DNA from: Eledone cirrhosa
Lineage: Eukaryota
Assembly: GCA_964016885.1 (NCBI GenBank)
Contig: OZ024748.1
Location: 11,718,001-11,782,000, forward strand
Length of the DNA: 64,000 nucleotides
Direction: 5' to 3'
In this document: positions 59,652 to 64,000 of the stretch, piece by piece
Numbering within the stretch: the stretch's first letter is position 1
How the letters are laid out: each line of letters begins with the position of its first letter
Program-made: the position numbers and the translations under genes
Notes under the pieces: model-generated
What the model was told of the DNA's origin: nothing
Seen by the model: the letters and a program-made list of their open reading frames with translations, nothing else
Databases searched by the model: none

Positions 59652-60094
59652 CTATATATATATTAATGAAGGAGCGTATGTTTGTGTGATCTAATGTTAT
59701 CATAGGTGTTTTGTTGGTATTGTAGTGTTGACAGTCAACTTTGCTTCTCTTCCTTTCACATTTCTCACGGAAAATATATTCTTTCGTGTGTCCTTTTGTG
59801 AGAAATGTTTATTGGTGCTTTGTCAAAGGAGACCGATATCTTCTCAGCATTTCCTTCTGTCGGAAATAAGGGACCTTTGTAATTGCCGATTTTAGCATAT
59901 ATAACTATATATATATATATATATATAGGAAAAAGAAGTTCAAAATAGAGTTGGAATCTTTAAGGAGATATATTTATAAATTCACCGGAAAAGTTATTAT
60001 AAATATATCTACTTAAAGACTCCAATTGTATTTTCAACTTCTTTTTTCTATATGTTTACTCGTGAGTATATTAAAAAAAAAAAACTTACTTTCT

Positions 60095-60152
<58 letters not shown>

Positions 60153-60246
60153 ATAGTAGTTTCCTCCTTGATCAGTGTGTTAACATTCCATTTCCCGCAC
60201 GAAGTAGGTATCTTTATACATCATGCTTATAGTATATATATATACA

Positions 60247-60733
<487 letters not shown>

Positions 60734-60775
60734 CATACCTCATTACACAATGCTTCAAGTGAACTATAACTTCCT

Positions 60776-60855
<80 letters not shown>

Positions 60856-61387
60856 AAGTAGGGACTAGATTCCTCACTTACGTTGTGTAGTCAATCATTA
60901 TCTCCCCTATTTTGTTAACTGCGTCAATAAATATGAGTTCATTCATTTAACTTCATTTTTCAAGTTTAAAATTTTCTGAAGCTGTGATCATTATTATTAC
61001 TATTACTATTATTATTAATTCAATTAGTGTTGCTGTTGTTGTTGTTGTCCTTATTGTTATTATTATCATTATTATTATTATTATTATTATAATTATAATT
61101 ATTATTATTATTATTATTATTATTATTTGGTAGAACGATGGACAAACTACCATGCTGTGTTTACCTACCTCCTACTAAGGTCAACTTTACCTTTCATCTT
61201 TCCGAGGTCGATAAAATAAAGTACCAGTCATGTATTGGGGTCGTTATCATAGACTGTTCTCCTCCCTCTCCCCCCACGAATTTCTGATCAAAAAATTATT
61301 ATTATTATTATTATCATTATTACAAATGTTACTGTTAAATTATTTTGATTTTTTTTCCTTGTGGCTTAATGTTTGTGTGTGTGTGTG

Positions 61388-61421
<34 letters not shown>

Positions 61422-61523
61422 ATATATATATATTATACAGTGTATATATATTTATATATAGTATACATATATATACATATATGCAGTGTATATTTATTTA
61501 TATATGTATATAGAGTGTATATT

Positions 61524-61570
<47 letters not shown>

Positions 61571-61571
61571 T

Positions 61572-61620
<49 letters not shown>

Positions 61621-61621
61621 T

Positions 61622-61731
<110 letters not shown>

Positions 61732-62093
61732 CGTATGGTTGTGTATGTATGTGTGTATATGTGTAAGTGTGGTTTTATTTCCTTATATGAAACGTTAAAA
61801 AGGGTTTACACAATGTTGTTGTATTATTGTATTGAGTACTATTGTAAATACTGGTGAAACTAAGAAACGGTGTATAAGTATGTAGGAGGTAAACTCCTGA
61901 TGAGACAGCAAAGAAGTTTCGAATCTTGATCGTAAATGCGTCAATTCCCTTCATTTTTAATTAAAATATTTCAGTCGTTAAAGCTCACGAGAAATACGTG
62001 AGATTACGATATACTTCCTATTTAAAAAATGTCTCCTGAAGTATATATATGTGCATAAATATATATACATATATATATATATATATATTTATA

Positions 62094-62193
<100 letters not shown>

Positions 62194-62312
62194 TGCATAT
62201 ATAGATATATATTTATATATATTTATATATTAATGCATATATAGATATATATTTATGCATATATATACATATATATATATATATTTTGATGCATATATAT
62301 ATATATATGCAT

Positions 62313-62388
<76 letters not shown>

Positions 62389-62693
62389 GCATAAATAGAT
62401 ATCTATATATATGCATTAATATATAAATATATATATTCGTAAATATATAAATATATTTGTATGCATGGATAAATATATACATATATATATATGTGTGCGT
62501 GTGTGTATGTGTGCGTATGTGTCTGTGTTTGCACACACACACACATGCTATTTATAAATTCTATATGAAATAGTTCCTATGCGTGATGTCAATGTAAGAT
62601 CGTACAAACAATTGTTTCATTTTTAACGATAAATGTCACATTTTATCAACAATGATATCTGTGTAAATAGAGGGGTTTTTTGGGGTTTTTTTC

Positions 62694-62763
<70 letters not shown>

Positions 62764-62819
62764 TTTCTCGATACTTCGACAGTTTTTGAGTCTGTTTTTT
62801 TATTATTTTTATTATATTA

Positions 62820-62874
<55 letters not shown>

Positions 62875-63016
62875 CTAATAAAGAAATAATTACTAAATAA
62901 AGAAACAATAATAATTATTGTTATTATTCTGTAATGTTTTTCTTGATGTCAGCCCTTGTGGCCAATAAAGAAATCATTATTATCATTATTATTATTATTA
63001 TTATTATTATTGTTAA

Positions 63017-63238
63017 GGGCGGTGGATTGGCAGTATCGGTAGAGGGTCGGATGCCATGCTTTGCAGCATAGAGTTACGGCCCTTTGCATTCTGAGTTCAA
63101 ATCCCACCGAGGTTAACTTAGCCATTCATCCTTACGGGGTCGATAAAATAAAGTACCAGTCACGTTCTGGGGGTCGATTTTAATCGACTTTCCCCTCCCC
63201 CAAAATTTGCTGGCCTTGTGCCTATATAAGAAACCATT
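63017..63238 (+). mobile_element. Family 1 SINE, full length
   Basis: Canonical head, B box, core and tail into (TTA)n. Confidence 0.8.
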
Positions 63239-63245
63239 GTTGTTC

Positions 63246-63278
<33 letters not shown>

Positions 63279-63578
63279 GTTGTTATTATTGTTATTATTG
63301 TTATTATTATTATTATTATTATTATTGTGTTGTGTGTCACTCAAGTGGAAATACTTGATCAAATGTTGTAGAAAAAGAAAGATTATAAACAGCACAAACT
63401 GAAAAGAAGACCAAAAAATAAAATAAAATGAAATAAAATATAATATAAAATAATAAAATTATATAAAATATAACTAATTTGTAAAATGGTAAAAAAAAAA
63501 AAAAAACACACAAGAAAAAGGAATAAATAAATTGAAGTTTTACTTCGTCAGTGATTCAATTGTTGTTGTTGTTGATGA

Positions 63579-63612
<34 letters not shown>

Positions 63613-63732
63613 GATGGTGGTGGTGATGGTGGTGGTGGTGGTGGTGATGGTGATGGTGGTGATGGCGTTGTTGGTGGTGATGTTGGGTGGTGGTGATGAT
63701 GTTGGTGATGGTGATGGTGATGGTGATGATGC

Positions 63733-63793
<61 letters not shown>

Positions 63794-63868
63794 GGTGATG
63801 GTGATGGTGATGGTGGTGATGGCGTTGTTGGTGGTGATGTTGGGTGGTGGTGATGATGTTGGTGATGT

Positions 63869-63944
<76 letters not shown>

Positions 63945-64000
63945 GGTGGTGGTGGTGGTGGTGATGATGATGATGATGCTGATGATGATGATGATGATGA

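Noticed and set aside
61897-61950. CTGATGA...GAA motif as a hammerhead
   Set aside because: GAAA incomplete and stems I and III not evident.

Overview
AT-rich eukaryotic (animal) DNA saturated with microsatellites ((TA)n, (CA)n, (TACA)n, (GATA)n, (GA)n, trinucleotides). The repeat landscape strongly resembles a coleoid cephalopod (Octopus-like) genome; this is an inference. Almost all track ORFs are microsatellite artefacts. Supported content: about 30 copies of a tRNA-derived SINE (several with clear TSDs), a second SINE family, fragments of RTE, L1/Tx1, R4/Dong-like and Penelope-like retroelements, a non-autonomous Helitron, Tc1/mariner- and piggyBac-type MITEs, several minisatellites, one intronless 156-aa orphan ORF and a few candidate small exons. 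The most striking signal is a dense set (about 20 loci, several sequence families) of short elements, mostly in or next to (TA)n tracts. They carry minimal type-I hammerhead ribozyme motifs (CUGANGA-stem II-GAAA-palindromic stem III-NUH), often inside 100-400 bp fold-back duplications that put a hammerhead on both strands. Stems covary between loci, and two loci show the compensatory U3-A8 core variant. The best reading is Penelope-like pLTR-derived or retrozyme-like non-autonomous elements. Structures were folded by eye, coordinates are approximate to a few nt, and no ribozyme activity is shown.
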